A stretch of 34,626 bases of DNA from Candidatus Bathyarchaeota archaeon (GCA_963777155.1 CAVZPM010000029.1:1-34626); one strand, 5' to 3'; positions 19,204 through 29,272 are shown, counted from the stretch's first letter. Notes: a model not told the origin generated them from the letters alone. Numbers and translations are program-made.

Positions 19204-19712
19204 GCGCCAAACCCGAAAAAATCACTGTACAAATAAAATACAAAGAACTCGAGCAACAGATTAGCGCTGAACCTCAAGAAGCATGGTTGCTCCTCAACAA
19301 GTTCTTTAAAGACATGATTCCTTCCTTTGAAATCGCCCAAAAGCTCTGGCTAAACATTGATCTGGAGCAGCTTGCCAGCGACCTTAAGGGTATTGTGGCT
19401 TTTTCTGATGACGGTATAAGTATGCTAGCTCCCAAAAACAAGCTGAGGGATAATGAAGCATTGCTGGTTTGGCTTGTTGCGTATTTTCTTGGAAATAAAC
19501 TTGGATTGGTGCAAAGTGACTCGGTTTCAAAAGATGAACTGCAGATAAAGCTTGGGAAAAGCGGCAAAATAACCAGCACACGACTAGGCGAACTTGTAAA
19601 GAACGATTTTGCAGTGAAAATGGCAGATGAAAAGTTTAGGATAACAACGTTTGGCGTTCTTCAGGTTCAAAAAGAGATTATTCCGAGAATCAAATCAAAA
19701 ATTGGTATCTAA
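19200..19712 (+). CDS. Hypothetical protein with C-terminal winged-helix-like domain, paralog of the upstream gene
   Basis: SKDELQIKLGKSGKITSTRLGELVKND...FRITTFG; TTGA overlap with the upstream stop codon. Confidence 0.75.
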   Translation: MSAKPEKITVQIKYKELEQQISAEPQEAWLLLNKFFKDMIPSFEIAQKLWLNIDLEQLASDLKGIVAFSDDGISMLAPKNKLRDNEALLVWLVAYFLGNKLGLVQSDSVSKDELQIKLGKSGKITSTRLGELVKNDFAVKMADEKFRITTFGVLQVQKEIIPRIKSKIGI

Positions 19713-19784
19713 ATTTTTTGAGCCCTGTCTTGTTTGGGCAAAATTTATTACCTTCTTGCTACAGTTTTTTATTGAGGATCTCTA

Positions 19785-20039
19785 ATGAATTTTGTAATAT
19801 TAATGACCTTAATTTATTCAATACTGAGTAGCTTGGGACTTGGCGGATTTGACATTGGTTTCCTCATAGTACTCGTCATCATAGGTTTGATAATCATTAT
19901 TCTTGTCAAACTTTTCCTAGTGCTGATTCCTGCGATTCTTGTAGCTGTCGTTGTATATTTCTTGACTGGTGGCGATTTGTTCTGGACGGGCATTGCTTTC
20001 CTAGTTGTTGCGGCACTGTCGATTTTGTCTAAGCTATAG
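19785..20039 (+). CDS. Small very hydrophobic membrane protein
   Basis: 84 aa, nearly all hydrophobic, about 3-4 TM helices; followed by a T-tract. Confidence 0.7.
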   Translation: MNFVILMTLIYSILSSLGLGGFDIGFLIVLVIIGLIIIILVKLFLVLIPAILVAVVVYFLTGGDLFWTGIAFLVVAALSILSKL

Positions 20040-20252
20040 TTTCAATCCTACCCAAACCTTTTTTCTTTGCTTTGCTCCTTTGACATTTGGTAATTTTAAG
20101 AAACCTAAGTTTTGAACTTATTTTTCTCAAGTAAAGCCTTACTTGTATTATAAAGCCATGTTTTGGTTGTTTAACAATAGAGCATTTTCATAAGACTTTT
20201 ATATTTGGTATGGAGTTCTTGCATATCAACAGGATAGGACAGGGACCCTAAA

Positions 20253-20501
20253 TTGACAATGATGGAACCAAGTAAAAAACCACTAAACGTACTCATTAAA
20301 CAATTGCACGGCAACATTGAAGTTGTTCTGAAAAACGGCTATGAATACAAGGGAAAAATGATAAAGTGCGACGGCCACATGAACATTCTCTTGGAAGGCG
20401 CAACCGAATTCAAAGATGACCAATTAATGACCAACTATGGCAATGTGTTGCTTCGCGGAAACAACATCCTCTACATTGTCATGGACGCCAGCAAACATTA
20501 A
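20253..20501 (+). CDS. Sm-like (Lsm/SmAP) RNA-binding protein
   Basis: KPLNVL, Sm1 motif VVLKNG.EYKGKM..CDGHMNILL, Sm2 motif LLRGNNILYI; TTTATA about 50 nt upstream. Confidence 0.93.
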   Translation: MTMMEPSKKPLNVLIKQLHGNIEVVLKNGYEYKGKMIKCDGHMNILLEGATEFKDDQLMTNYGNVLLRGNNILYIVMDASKH

Positions 20502-21398
20502 AACTTCAAGCTTCTGGCTTCTCCAGTAACGTAATCGCAGGCTTCTTTCCCAGCCAACTTTACGTTAAATTTACGGCTAAAATAAGTCAGCACGTTTTTG
20601 ATATCTCTTTCAAGAAGTTCCGCCTGCATTTGCGTGATCAGTTTTTACCGCTTGCGGCCAATCAATTATGAGCAAGTCACCATCAGGCTTTAGGATAATA
20701 TTGTATTCGCTGATGTCAGCATGGATAATATGTGCTTTCATGTAGGCTTTTCTAAGGTTTCGAAGGATTTCTTTAAGCACTTTTTCTGGTTTACCGATGT
20801 CTCTGTATTTCGAGAGTTGCGCTCCTTCAATCATGCCCATAGCTATGACATGACGGTTTTGGCTTATTGGCTCTGGAACTGAAACTCCATTTTCGTAAAC
20901 CAGCTTCATAGCGTGAAATTCTCGTTCAGCCGCCAAATGAGACTGAAACAGCCAAGTGGAATGTTCTCTGGTATAGCCTCTTTTACGTCTAGTTTGCCTA
21001 AAACTAATCCTTCCCAACCGATGAAACTTTACTGCAATTCGTTTACCATCAGAGTTAAGGGCATCATAAACATCCGCTTCTTTTCCCACACCTAAAGATT
21101 GCCCAAAAGAAACGATTGCGCCTGCTTTGACAAGGGCGTTAATGGCTAAGCAGTCGTATCCTGCATAGTTTAGGGTGTGTCCATTGTAGGTTTCTTTTGT
21201 CCGGTAAGTTAAGCCCAGCTTGTTTAATTTGCCCAATGTGAAGTCTATGCGGTCCATGGGAATTTTAGCATAGCTTTGGATCTGTTCTATTGGGACGAAT
21301 TCATGTTTGCTCATTCCTGCTTCTATTATGTTTAGGATTCGGAAGTCTTCACTTTCTAACTCTTTGAATACATGGACTGCCACTTCAGCGCTTGACAT
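20498..21398 (-). CDS. rio2: RIO2 serine/threonine kinase with N-terminal wHTH, about 299 aa; C-terminus displaced by a +1 frameshift near 20622
   Basis: GYDCLA, GVGKEADVY, KFHRLGRISF, IHADISEYNI and IIDWPQ motifs. The restored tail ELLERDIKNVLTYFSRKF ends at TAA 20498. Confidence 0.93.
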
Positions 21399-21556
21399 AG
21401 ACTATTTAATAGATTGTTTTCCACTATTAAGACTAGGTTTTGTATAACAGTTTTTTTTGGGTGGACCTTATATGGGAGAAGAGAGTTTTAATGGGCTGTA
21501 TACAAAACCGTTCGCCAAACAAAAGTCATTAATTAGTAAAAAAATGGTTTGTAAAT

Positions 21557-22276
21557 ATGGCTGTAGATCAAGGAAACGTTTCAAAGGTACTTTCAGTCCT
21601 TTCGCATCCGTTGCGAAGGGAAATATTACTAAACCTTAGCAATAACACTGAGTCGTCCTTTACAGACTTGCTAAACTTGCTGAAGGTTGATACTGGAAAG
21701 CTTAGCTTCCACCTCCGTTCATTGTCACCTTTTATAGAACAAACCCCCACTGGAAAATACAAACTAAGCAGAGCGGGAGAAAGCGCAGTCCGCGTGATCC
21801 ATGACGTTGAAAGTTGGGCTGAAGTCGCCGATGTAGAGGGAAAAGCAAGCCAACTTCCACTTGCTTCTTTCAAGAACAGGGCTTTTGCTTTCCTTATCGA
21901 TTTTGCCATGATTTTAGGCATTACTTCGGCAATTAGTTTAATTCCTAACTTGATATCGCTATCCTCAGATATCTTGATTGGAAGCATCAGCCAAGTTCTC
22001 TTCATCACAATCGGGTTAGTTTGGCTTTACTCGACTCTACTTGAGGGATTTAACGGTCAAAGCATAGGCAAACGCATCTTAGGCTTAAAGGTCGTCAGGA
22101 CAGATGGAAAGAAAATGTCCTATGACCACGCTGCAGTGAGGAACTTTGGAAAAGTCTTACCTCTCTTACCATTCGACTTGCTTTATGGTTGGCGAATAAA
22201 GAACAATGCGTTCATGAGATACTTTGACAAATTTGCAGGTACAACAGTCATCAACTTGCGTTCCCATAGACCTTAA
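21557..22276 (+). CDS. ArsR-type HTH fused to an RDD-family membrane domain
   Basis: LSHPLRREILL...TGKLSFHLRSL (HTH), then LASFKNRAFAFLIDF, GQSIGKRILGLKVV and DKFAGTTV (RDD). Confidence 0.88.
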   Translation: MAVDQGNVSKVLSVLSHPLRREILLNLSNNTESSFTDLLNLLKVDTGKLSFHLRSLSPFIEQTPTGKYKLSRAGESAVRVIHDVESWAEVADVEGKASQLPLASFKNRAFAFLIDFAMILGITSAISLIPNLISLSSDILIGSISQVLFITIGLVWLYSTLLEGFNGQSIGKRILGLKVVRTDGKKMSYDHAAVRNFGKVLPLLPFDLLYGWRIKNNAFMRYFDKFAGTTVINLRSHRP

Positions 22277-22333
22277 TTCTTTTGATCCAACTTCTTATTT
22301 GTACCTTGTACATAGTTTGGTTGGGATAGTTGC

Positions 22334-22798
22334 ATGACCGATAAGGAGCTTAGAGTTTCAAAAATAAAAAGCGGAACAGTTATCGATCACATTCGAGGCG
22401 GATTTGCCCTAGATGTAGTCAAGATTCTGGGAATAACTGGCAAAGAAAAAAGGATCATGACAATAGCCATCAACGTTCCCAGCAAACGCTTCGGAGTCAA
22501 AGACATCATTAAGATTGAGGGAAAAGCATTAAGTCCACAGGAAGTAAACAGGATTGCCCTTGTTGCTCCACATGCATCAATAAACATTATTCATGATTAC
22601 TCGGTTGTGGAAAAGTTGGAAGTTAAGTTGCCTGCCACCATTGAAGGTATACTAAAATGTGCAAACCCATGCTGCATAACCAACGCCGACGAACCGATAG
22701 CCTCCAAATTCCATATCAAACAAGAAGACCCTTTAATGCTAAAGTGCCACTATTGCGGAGTCACAATAGAACAATCCGATGTTCTAGGACAAATTTAA
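22334..22798 (+). CDS. pyrI: Aspartate carbamoyltransferase regulatory subunit
   Basis: LRVSKIKSGTVIDHI, KDIIKIE, zinc ligands CANPCCIT and CHYC. Confidence 0.96.
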   Translation: MTDKELRVSKIKSGTVIDHIRGGFALDVVKILGITGKEKRIMTIAINVPSKRFGVKDIIKIEGKALSPQEVNRIALVAPHASINIIHDYSVVEKLEVKLPATIEGILKCANPCCITNADEPIASKFHIKQEDPLMLKCHYCGVTIEQSDVLGQI

Positions 22799-23220
22799 GA
22801 CAGTTTATCCTTTGCCAACAAGAATAAATCTCTAAAATCTTTCTCAGTAAATGGTTTTCCTTTACCTGTTTCTGGACACTCAAGCGTAAAATCAAAGACA
22901 TGAGTGTTTGTGGTTTGGTCAAATTTCAGTTCAAAGGGATAAAATCTGCAAATCAATGGTCTCAATGTGTAAATTGTGCATTTGTTATCTTTAAGAAAGA
23001 AACATCTGCCTTCAAAGTCTTTTTTCATTTCATAACAGTAAGGCGTTTTATCAACTATTTGCTTTGTGAAGGTTTGTTTTGGCAAACACGTCGCTTCAGA
23101 TATTGTGTTTACTTCTGACTCTAGAAGAAGAATGTGTCTTGTTTTTTGTTTTGTGTCACCGCAGCATAAACCGCATTTACTGCATTCGAAAAGCAGGTTG
23201 TTTGGGGAGATAAAGTCCAA
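22795..23220 (-). CDS. YkgJ/UPF0153 family cysteine-cluster (zinc or Fe-S) protein
   Basis: CSKCGLCC, CFFL, CTIY..RP..CRFYPF and ECP motifs. Confidence 0.88.
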   Translation of the reverse strand: MDFISPNNLLFECSKCGLCCGDTKQKTRHILLLESEVNTISEATCLPKQTFTKQIVDKTPYCYEMKKDFEGRCFFLKDNKCTIYTLRPLICRFYPFELKFDQTTNTHVFDFTLECPETGKGKPFTEKDFRDLFLLAKDKLS

Positions 23221-23280
23221 TTTGTTTCAACAGCATAAAGGCTGAAGCTTGAAATAAACCTTATTTTTGGTTTCTAGTTT

Positions 23281-23595
23281 TTAGGGCTGTTTAGTTCGGT
23301 GTCCCTCGCCATACTGGAAGGGTCGACCAAGGTTTTTTTCCAGTTTTTTCTTAAACACTTCATCCATGTTCATATTGGGGCAAGCTAAACGACTGGCATC
23401 TAAAATGTAAAAAATGACGTCGACGAGTTCCTCTGCGATTTTCTCTTCAGGCAAACCTTTTTTCCAAGCATCACTAGCTTCACCTAACTCGATGAAGGCA
23501 AAAAGCAGCTTTTTGGGGATATCTTCAGGCTTGTTGTAGAAACCCTTCGCTACAACTAAGGCTTCTATTTCTTTTTTCATCTCTTCAAGATGCAA
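23281..23595 (-). CDS. MazG-like all-alpha NTP pyrophosphohydrolase
   Basis: IELGEASDAWKK...AEELVDVIFY motif (ExxE...EExxD). Confidence 0.85.
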   Translation of the reverse strand: MHLEEMKKEIEALVVAKGFYNKPEDIPKKLLFAFIELGEASDAWKKGLPEEKIAEELVDVIFYILDASRLACPNMNMDEVFKKKLEKNLGRPFQYGEGHRTKQP

Positions 23596-23829
23596 GAGCT
23601 AACTCTCCTAGTGCTCTTGAAAAAACTGTACCCAATTATATAAAGAATAAACTGGAAGATTTATCTCTATATTGATGGATTGCCAACCATTTGTTTTATT
23701 AGAGCTGAAAGGCGCCCTGCTCTCGCCGAGCTATCATCTTTTTTCGTAAACAAAATCCAAGCATTGTCCCAAAACTTGAAGCCTCAAATCTTTTAAAAAA
23801 AATAACTTAAAAAGATCTAAAAGGACTGC

Positions 23830-23976
23830 TTAAAATTCCGAGACAAAATTGAACCTGTTGCCACATGAGTCACAGGTAAAACGTGCAACACAAAACACAG
23901 CGTTCTCTAGTTTTTTGTCTGGTTTAACAAGTACTTTCCCACATTTTGGACAACAAACTCTATGACACGAAAACAA
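23830..23976 (-). CDS. 48-aa CPxCG zinc-finger microprotein (absent from the ORF track)
   Basis: Manual translation from TTG: MFSCHRVCCPKCGKVLVKPDKKLENAVFCVARFTCDSCGNRFNFVSEF; two CxxCG knuckles. Confidence 0.72.
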   Translation of the reverse strand: MFSCHRVCCPKCGKVLVKPDKKLENAVFCVARFTCDSCGNRFNFVSEF

Positions 23977-24213
23977 GCAATCAGCTTGTGTATATGAGTA
24001 TTAATACTATATGAGAACTTGTTGTCACAAATAAGAGCAACAAACTTTTCCCATATAATAGTCTACGCATTTCGACAAATTCTTACGTTCGGCTCTGTTT
24101 TTTCAAGGATCTAAATTATGGTTTAGGCTTACAAATTCGTATTTTCTGGGAATCCTTATACAGTAGCTACGGAGCTTGTCAAAGCGAGCGTTTAAAAATA
24201 GTTTTGAAGAAGA

Positions 24214-25461
24214 CTATTTTTTGGGCTGGAGAATAACGGTTGAAAGCATTCCTTCATCAAGGTAAACGTTGGCTGCATCAATTATCTGTTCACTCGAAAC
24301 AGCCTTAACTTTAGCTATGTAATCAACGAGCGCCTGCTCGCTCTTATATTGCAGCTCTAAGTAGGAAATAATCTCTAAAGCTTCCCGGGGATTATCCATG
24401 CCTCTTAGGATACCGCCAACAATCAGGTTTTTGCATCGTTCAAGCTCATCAGAAGGTACATTCTCTGTCTTCAGCTTTGAAAACTCGTTAAGAATCATTT
24501 TCTGGGCAGTTGCCAAGTTCTTGTCTTTTACAGCACAGTTAACTTTGAAGAAACCGAAATCTAAACCCTTGTTATGGTCCGAGTTAACATCATAGGTTAA
24601 TGCGTTTTTCTCACGCAGCTCCACAAACAACCTTGAACTTGTGCCACCACTAAGAACCGCACTCAACAAATCTAAGGCTGCTGCATCTTCATGGTTTGAA
24701 CAGACTGTTCTTGCACCAATACTTAGATATGTCTGGGCAATTCCAGCTTTCCTCTTAATGATCAGCGGTTTTGGTTTAGCGGTTTCAAGAGGATAATTCT
24801 TTTTTGAATACTTCTCAGAAGCATGTTGACCTTGGAAGTTCTTGAGCACTTCTTCAACTGATTTTTCTGTGAATTTGCCGGTTAAGATCAAAATCATGTT
24901 TTCGGGAACATAATTAGCGCTGTGAGCCCGAATCAACTGATCTATCGTTAGTTGTTTGACAGTTCCAGGGGAGCCTCCAACTGGACGCTTCACTGGATGC
25001 TCTTTAAACAGACTCTTGAGCAGTAAATCTTCAATCATCTCATCGGGGTCATCTAAAGCTTCTGCAAGCTCGTTGAGGATTATTTTGCGTTCTTGATCGA
25101 ATTTTTCTTTGTCAAAACCACCGCTAAATAGCAATAGGGACAGTATGTTGGAAGCTTCCTCTGTTTTCTCCGGCAAGAAATCCATCGTACTCATCATATG
25201 CTCATGGTCAGTGTACAGATCTAAAATTCCACCAGAATTCTCGATGCTTCGAGATAGCTGAATTCGTTTTGTTGATCCACCTGCTACCATGTGCTCAAGG
25301 AAATGGGCTACACCGGCGTTTTCCGCTGGCTCTTGGTTTGAACCGTACTCAACAGCGACGGACAGTTGAGTGGTGTTGGCCGACTGCCGGGGAAAGAGTA
25401 GTACTGTTAGACCATTTGGTAGCGTATTTCTGTGCCAAGATATAGCTGTAGTCACATCCAT
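24214..25461 (-). CDS. M16 family (pitrilysin/insulinase-like) zinc metallopeptidase
   Basis: GVAHFLEHM (HxxEH), ERKIILNE and SSRLFVELREKNALTY motifs. Confidence 0.93.
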   Translation of the reverse strand: MDVTTAISWHRNTLPNGLTVLLFPRQSANTTQLSVAVEYGSNQEPAENAGVAHFLEHMVAGGSTKRIQLSRSIENSGGILDLYTDHEHMMSTMDFLPEKTEEASNILSLLLFSGGFDKEKFDQERKIILNELAEALDDPDEMIEDLLLKSLFKEHPVKRPVGGSPGTVKQLTIDQLIRAHSANYVPENMILILTGKFTEKSVEEVLKNFQGQHASEKYSKKNYPLETAKPKPLIIKRKAGIAQTYLSIGARTVCSNHEDAAALDLLSAVLSGGTSSRLFVELREKNALTYDVNSDHNKGLDFGFFKVNCAVKDKNLATAQKMILNEFSKLKTENVPSDELERCKNLIVGGILRGMDNPREALEIISYLELQYKSEQALVDYIAKVKAVSSEQIIDAANVYLDEGMLSTVILQPKK

Positions 25462-25514
25462 AATGAATCAGGCGTTTCTAAAAAAGCTTAAAGAGCCACT
25501 GTTTTTGTTGATGG

Positions 25515-25690
25515 TCACTTTCCAAGTGGAAATTGTGCAGGAAACGGCGTACATTGGAGCCGCAAAAAGGCCATGGCAACCAACTCGATTAATCCATAGT
25601 AAAGAGCGTATATTCCAACGAACACTTTTCCAGTAGCAGTGTGTAGGATGCCAACTGGACCCATCCCGAATCCCCAGTTTTTTAGCGTTA
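25515..25690 (-). pseudogene. Remnant of a small ion-channel-pore-like membrane protein gene
   Basis: Minus strand reads (G)MGPVGILHTATGKVFVGIYALYYGLIELVAM; after frameshifts it continues AAP..RFLHNFHLES. The N-terminal half appears to be missing. Confidence 0.6.
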
Positions 25691-25759
25691 GCTCTGTATT
25701 TTTTTAGAAACTCCTTTAAGAGCAGTTTATTCTATTGTACGGTTCAAGGCTACAGGCGT

Positions 25760-28700
25760 ATGGCTAAAGCACTGCTGGATGGCGATAATTTAAACAAAAA
25801 CTCAGTTGCCTCAATGCAGCCAATATTGACCACAGAAGACATGGTGAGCCTGCCCATCGAAGAGCTCATGGCTCGCTTGAAAGCTACATCCCAAGGGTTG
25901 ACATCGGAACAAGCAGCAGAACGCCTTGAAGTTTATGGCAAAAACGAATTTGCCCATGAACACAAACATTCCGCCCTCAAAGAGTTTCTTTCACACTTCA
26001 AAAGTCCATTAGTAATTATTTTGTTAATTGCAGGCATAATTACAGGTACCTTAGGTGAAGTTGCAAACACAGCTATAATATTAACCATAATTTTTGTCAG
26101 CGTAGTTTTAGATTACTATCAAGAGTCTAAAGCAGAGAAAGCTGCTCAACTGCTAAAACAAAAAGTCACCACAACTGCAACGGTCCTCCGTGACAACGTT
26201 AAACAAGAAATAAAGTTACCAGAAATCGTCCCAGGAGACATAATATTCCTTTCCGCCGGAGACATTGCTCCAGCAGATGCAAGAGTAATCAGCGCTAAAG
26301 ACCTGTTCATTAACCAGTCAGCACTAACAGGCGAGTCGTTCCCAGTAGAGAAAAGTCCCAATCCAGTGAAAGGAAGCACTGGGTCAATTATTGAATGGAA
26401 CAATTACTGTTTCATGGGTACCTCCGTAGTTAGTGGCACAGCAACAGCTATGGTTGTCAAAACCGGAAGCTTAACTGAATACGGCAAAATAGCTAAAAAG
26501 TTAATAGAAAAAACCCCAGAAACCGAATTCGAACGCGGCATCAAAGGTTTTGGCTTCCTCATTATGCAGGTAACTTTCCTCTTGGTCATGTTTGTCTTCC
26601 TAATTATATCTGTACGCAACCCCACAACCCAGGGTGTAGTAAACGCATTGCTTTTCGCAGTTGCCCTGGCAGTAGGATTGACTCCCGAACTTTTGCCCAT
26701 GATTATTACCATCAACTTATCCAGAGGCGCCATGGCTATGTCCAAGAAAGGTGTAATCGTAAAACGGCTTTCTTCCATAGAGAACTTTGGAAGCATGAAC
26801 GTCCTATGCACTGACAAAACGGGCACGCTAACTGAGAACCGCATTAAACTTATCCTAAACGTGGATATGGACGGAAAAGAAGATGACAAAGTCCTTCTTT
26901 ATTCATTCTTAAACAGCCAGCTTCCAAACCGGATTACGCAGCCCACTAGATGAAGCCATTCTTAAAACACAAAGAAATTGATACTTCCAAATACCAAAAA
27001 ATCGACGAAGTACCCTTTGATTTTATCCGAAGACGTGTATCCGTGGTTGTTGAACGGGAAGGTCAAAGATACTTCATAGCCAAAGGAGCCCCCGAAGAAA
27101 TCCTCAAGGTTTGCTCTTACTATGAACGAAACAAACTGGTAGCAGACCTTAGTGAGGAAACACGCAAGAAAATCGAGCAAAAATACCATGATTATAGCGC
27201 AGAGGGGCTTAGAGTTTTAGGCGTTGCCTACAAACGTCTCAAAGTAGACAAAGCAGTTTACTCAATAAATGATGAAAACGACATGGTTTTTCTAGGTTTT
27301 GTGGCTTTCCTTGACCCTCCAAAAGAAACAGCAAAACAATCACTTCAGCTGCTAGGTAAAGCAGGGATTGAACTAAAAATCCTCACAGGCGACAACGAGT
27401 TAGTAACAAGAAAAGTCTGCGAAGAACTCGGGTTTGAAGTAAAAGGTGTAGCTCTTGGCAACGACATCGGCAACATGCCTGACGAAACATTGATGGTAAT
27501 CGTTGAAGAAGCAAACGTCTTCTGCCGCGTCAACCCAATTCAGAAGGACCGCATAATCACCCTACTAAAGAAGAACGGACACGTCGTCGGCTACATGGGA
27601 GACGGCATAAACGATGCTCCCTCACTAAAAACCAGTGATGTAGGCGTATCGGTGGACAACGCCGTTGATGTTGCAAGAGAATCCGCTGACATAATCCTAT
27701 CCAGAAACGACTTAACCGTCTTAGCGGAAGGTGTCTTGGAAGGAAGAAAAACCTTTGGCAACACAATGAAATACATCCAGTTAGGCGTCAGCTCAAACTT
27801 CGGCAACATGTTCAGCGTCGCCGGCGCAGCTATTTTTCTGCCGTTTTTGCCTATGCTGCCAGTCCAAATCCTTCTAAACAACTTGCTTTATGACATGTCT
27901 CAATCCACTATCACAACTGACAAAGTGGATGAAGAATACGTTGAGAGACCGAAACGGTGGGATATTGCATTCATACGACGTTTTATGGTGTCTCTTGGTC
28001 CAGTAAGTTCGCTATTTGACTTTTTGACTTTCTTTACTATGCTATTTGTCTTTATCCCGATTGTACCTCTAGCCGTATTATCCATTCAACAGCAGCATCT
28101 ATTCCAGACAGCTTGGTTCATCGAATCCTTATGTTCACAAATTCTAGTCGTCTTCGTTATCCGAACTAGACGAACACCTTTCTGGAAGAGCAGACCAAGC
28201 AAATATCTATTGGCCAGCAGCTTAACAATAGTTGCCTTCGCATTAATAGTGCCATTTACCCCGTTAGGTGAAATATTTGGATTTGTTGCGCCTCCACCGC
28301 TATTCTATGCAGTTTTGGCAATACTTCTAGGAGCATACCTGTTACTTGCTGAAGTAGTAAAAACCTGGTTCTACAAACGGAATGCCTACCGCCTTGAACA
28401 GGTATTGGTACCAAAAAGAACCTTCTATATAACCAGAACAGCAAAGTTGATGCAGGATATGATAGCAACCTTAAGCCTTCAAGTCGAGGATGAATTTACA
28501 ATAGAAGTCGTTAACGGATGACTTGAACAGCGTCATAACCTACCCAATTAACTCAAACCAGATGGCACGCAATCTTCAGTATCTTAGACGCTCAGGTTTA
28601 ATCAGCGTAGACTGGAACAAACGAACCATAAAACGTCAGAAAGCATTAGGTGAATACGTTAAGAAAAGCATCATCGGTGGACCCATTTGGCTAAACATCA

Positions 28701-28786
28701 GGGAAGATTGGCAGAAAATACATAACATCCTCCTAAACAAACATGGAGCAGTAAACATTGAATACCAACAAGTATTGGCTAAGTGA
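25760..28786 (+). CDS. mgtA: Magnesium-translocating P-type ATPase (type IIIB), about 1007 aa with C-terminal extension, split by three +1 frameshifts
   Basis: LTGES, AVGLTPELLP, DKTGTLT, PFDFIRRR, KGAPE, TGDN, MGDGINDAP, SSNFGN and NNLLYD motifs. Insertions near 26921, 26965 and 28506; (3027-3)/3=1008 codons. Confidence 0.92.
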
Positions 28787-28930
28787 TAATGGGGTATCTG
28801 GAATTCAACTTCTATTGTTTGCGAAATTTAAGTGAACGCCTAACCGTCAAAAATGAGCCGAATAACCAGCCGATCCTTTCTCCAAAATGAAGAACCAGAA
28901 TAGGCTAAGCCAGAAAAAATGAAAAATGGC

Positions 28931-29272
28931 TTATGGGTTAGCTGTAAGTTCCGATAGTTGCTTCTTAGTTAACCCAATTCCCGGAGTAGCGTCGAGTCTC
29001 TTTTTCACTTCCCCATTCTTGAAAAGCAATACCGTTGGGTAGTAGTCTATCTCGTATTTATCGCATAGATCAGGCTTATCATCAATCACTATACTCATAC
29101 ATTGTTTCGGATTACTTTTTGCATACTCCTGAAAAATCGGCAAGAAACGTTGCGAGTGGGGACACCAGGAAGCGTAAAAAAGAACGAACGCTTTCTCCTT
29201 AGATTTCAAATCATCATCAATATCGTTTTTACCTTGTTTTGATGCTCGTTTTTCATTTTTGCTCATCTTCAA
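28931..29272 (-). CDS. Thioredoxin-fold protein with CxxS active site
   Basis: VLFYASWCPHS, cis-Pro region YYPTVLLFKNG; start overlaps the end of the CDGSH gene. Confidence 0.88.
   Translation of the reverse strand: MKMSKNEKRASKQGKNDIDDDLKSKEKAFVLFYASWCPHSQRFLPIFQEYAKSNPKQCMSIVIDDKPDLCDKYEIDYYPTVLLFKNGEVKKRLDATPGIGLTKKQLSELTANP

Noticed and set aside
15996-19581. Numerous antisense or alternate-frame ORFs inside gatD, gatE and neighbouring genes (likewise inside mgtA, rps7/rps12 and met genes)
   Set aside because: Shadow ORFs fully overlapping confidently identified genes.
25370-25636. Plus-strand 88-aa ORF, or an MgtL/M-box-type leader before mgtA
   Set aside because: It overlaps the peptidase antisense; the region is better explained by the minus-strand pseudogene remnant, and no riboswitch features were recognised.
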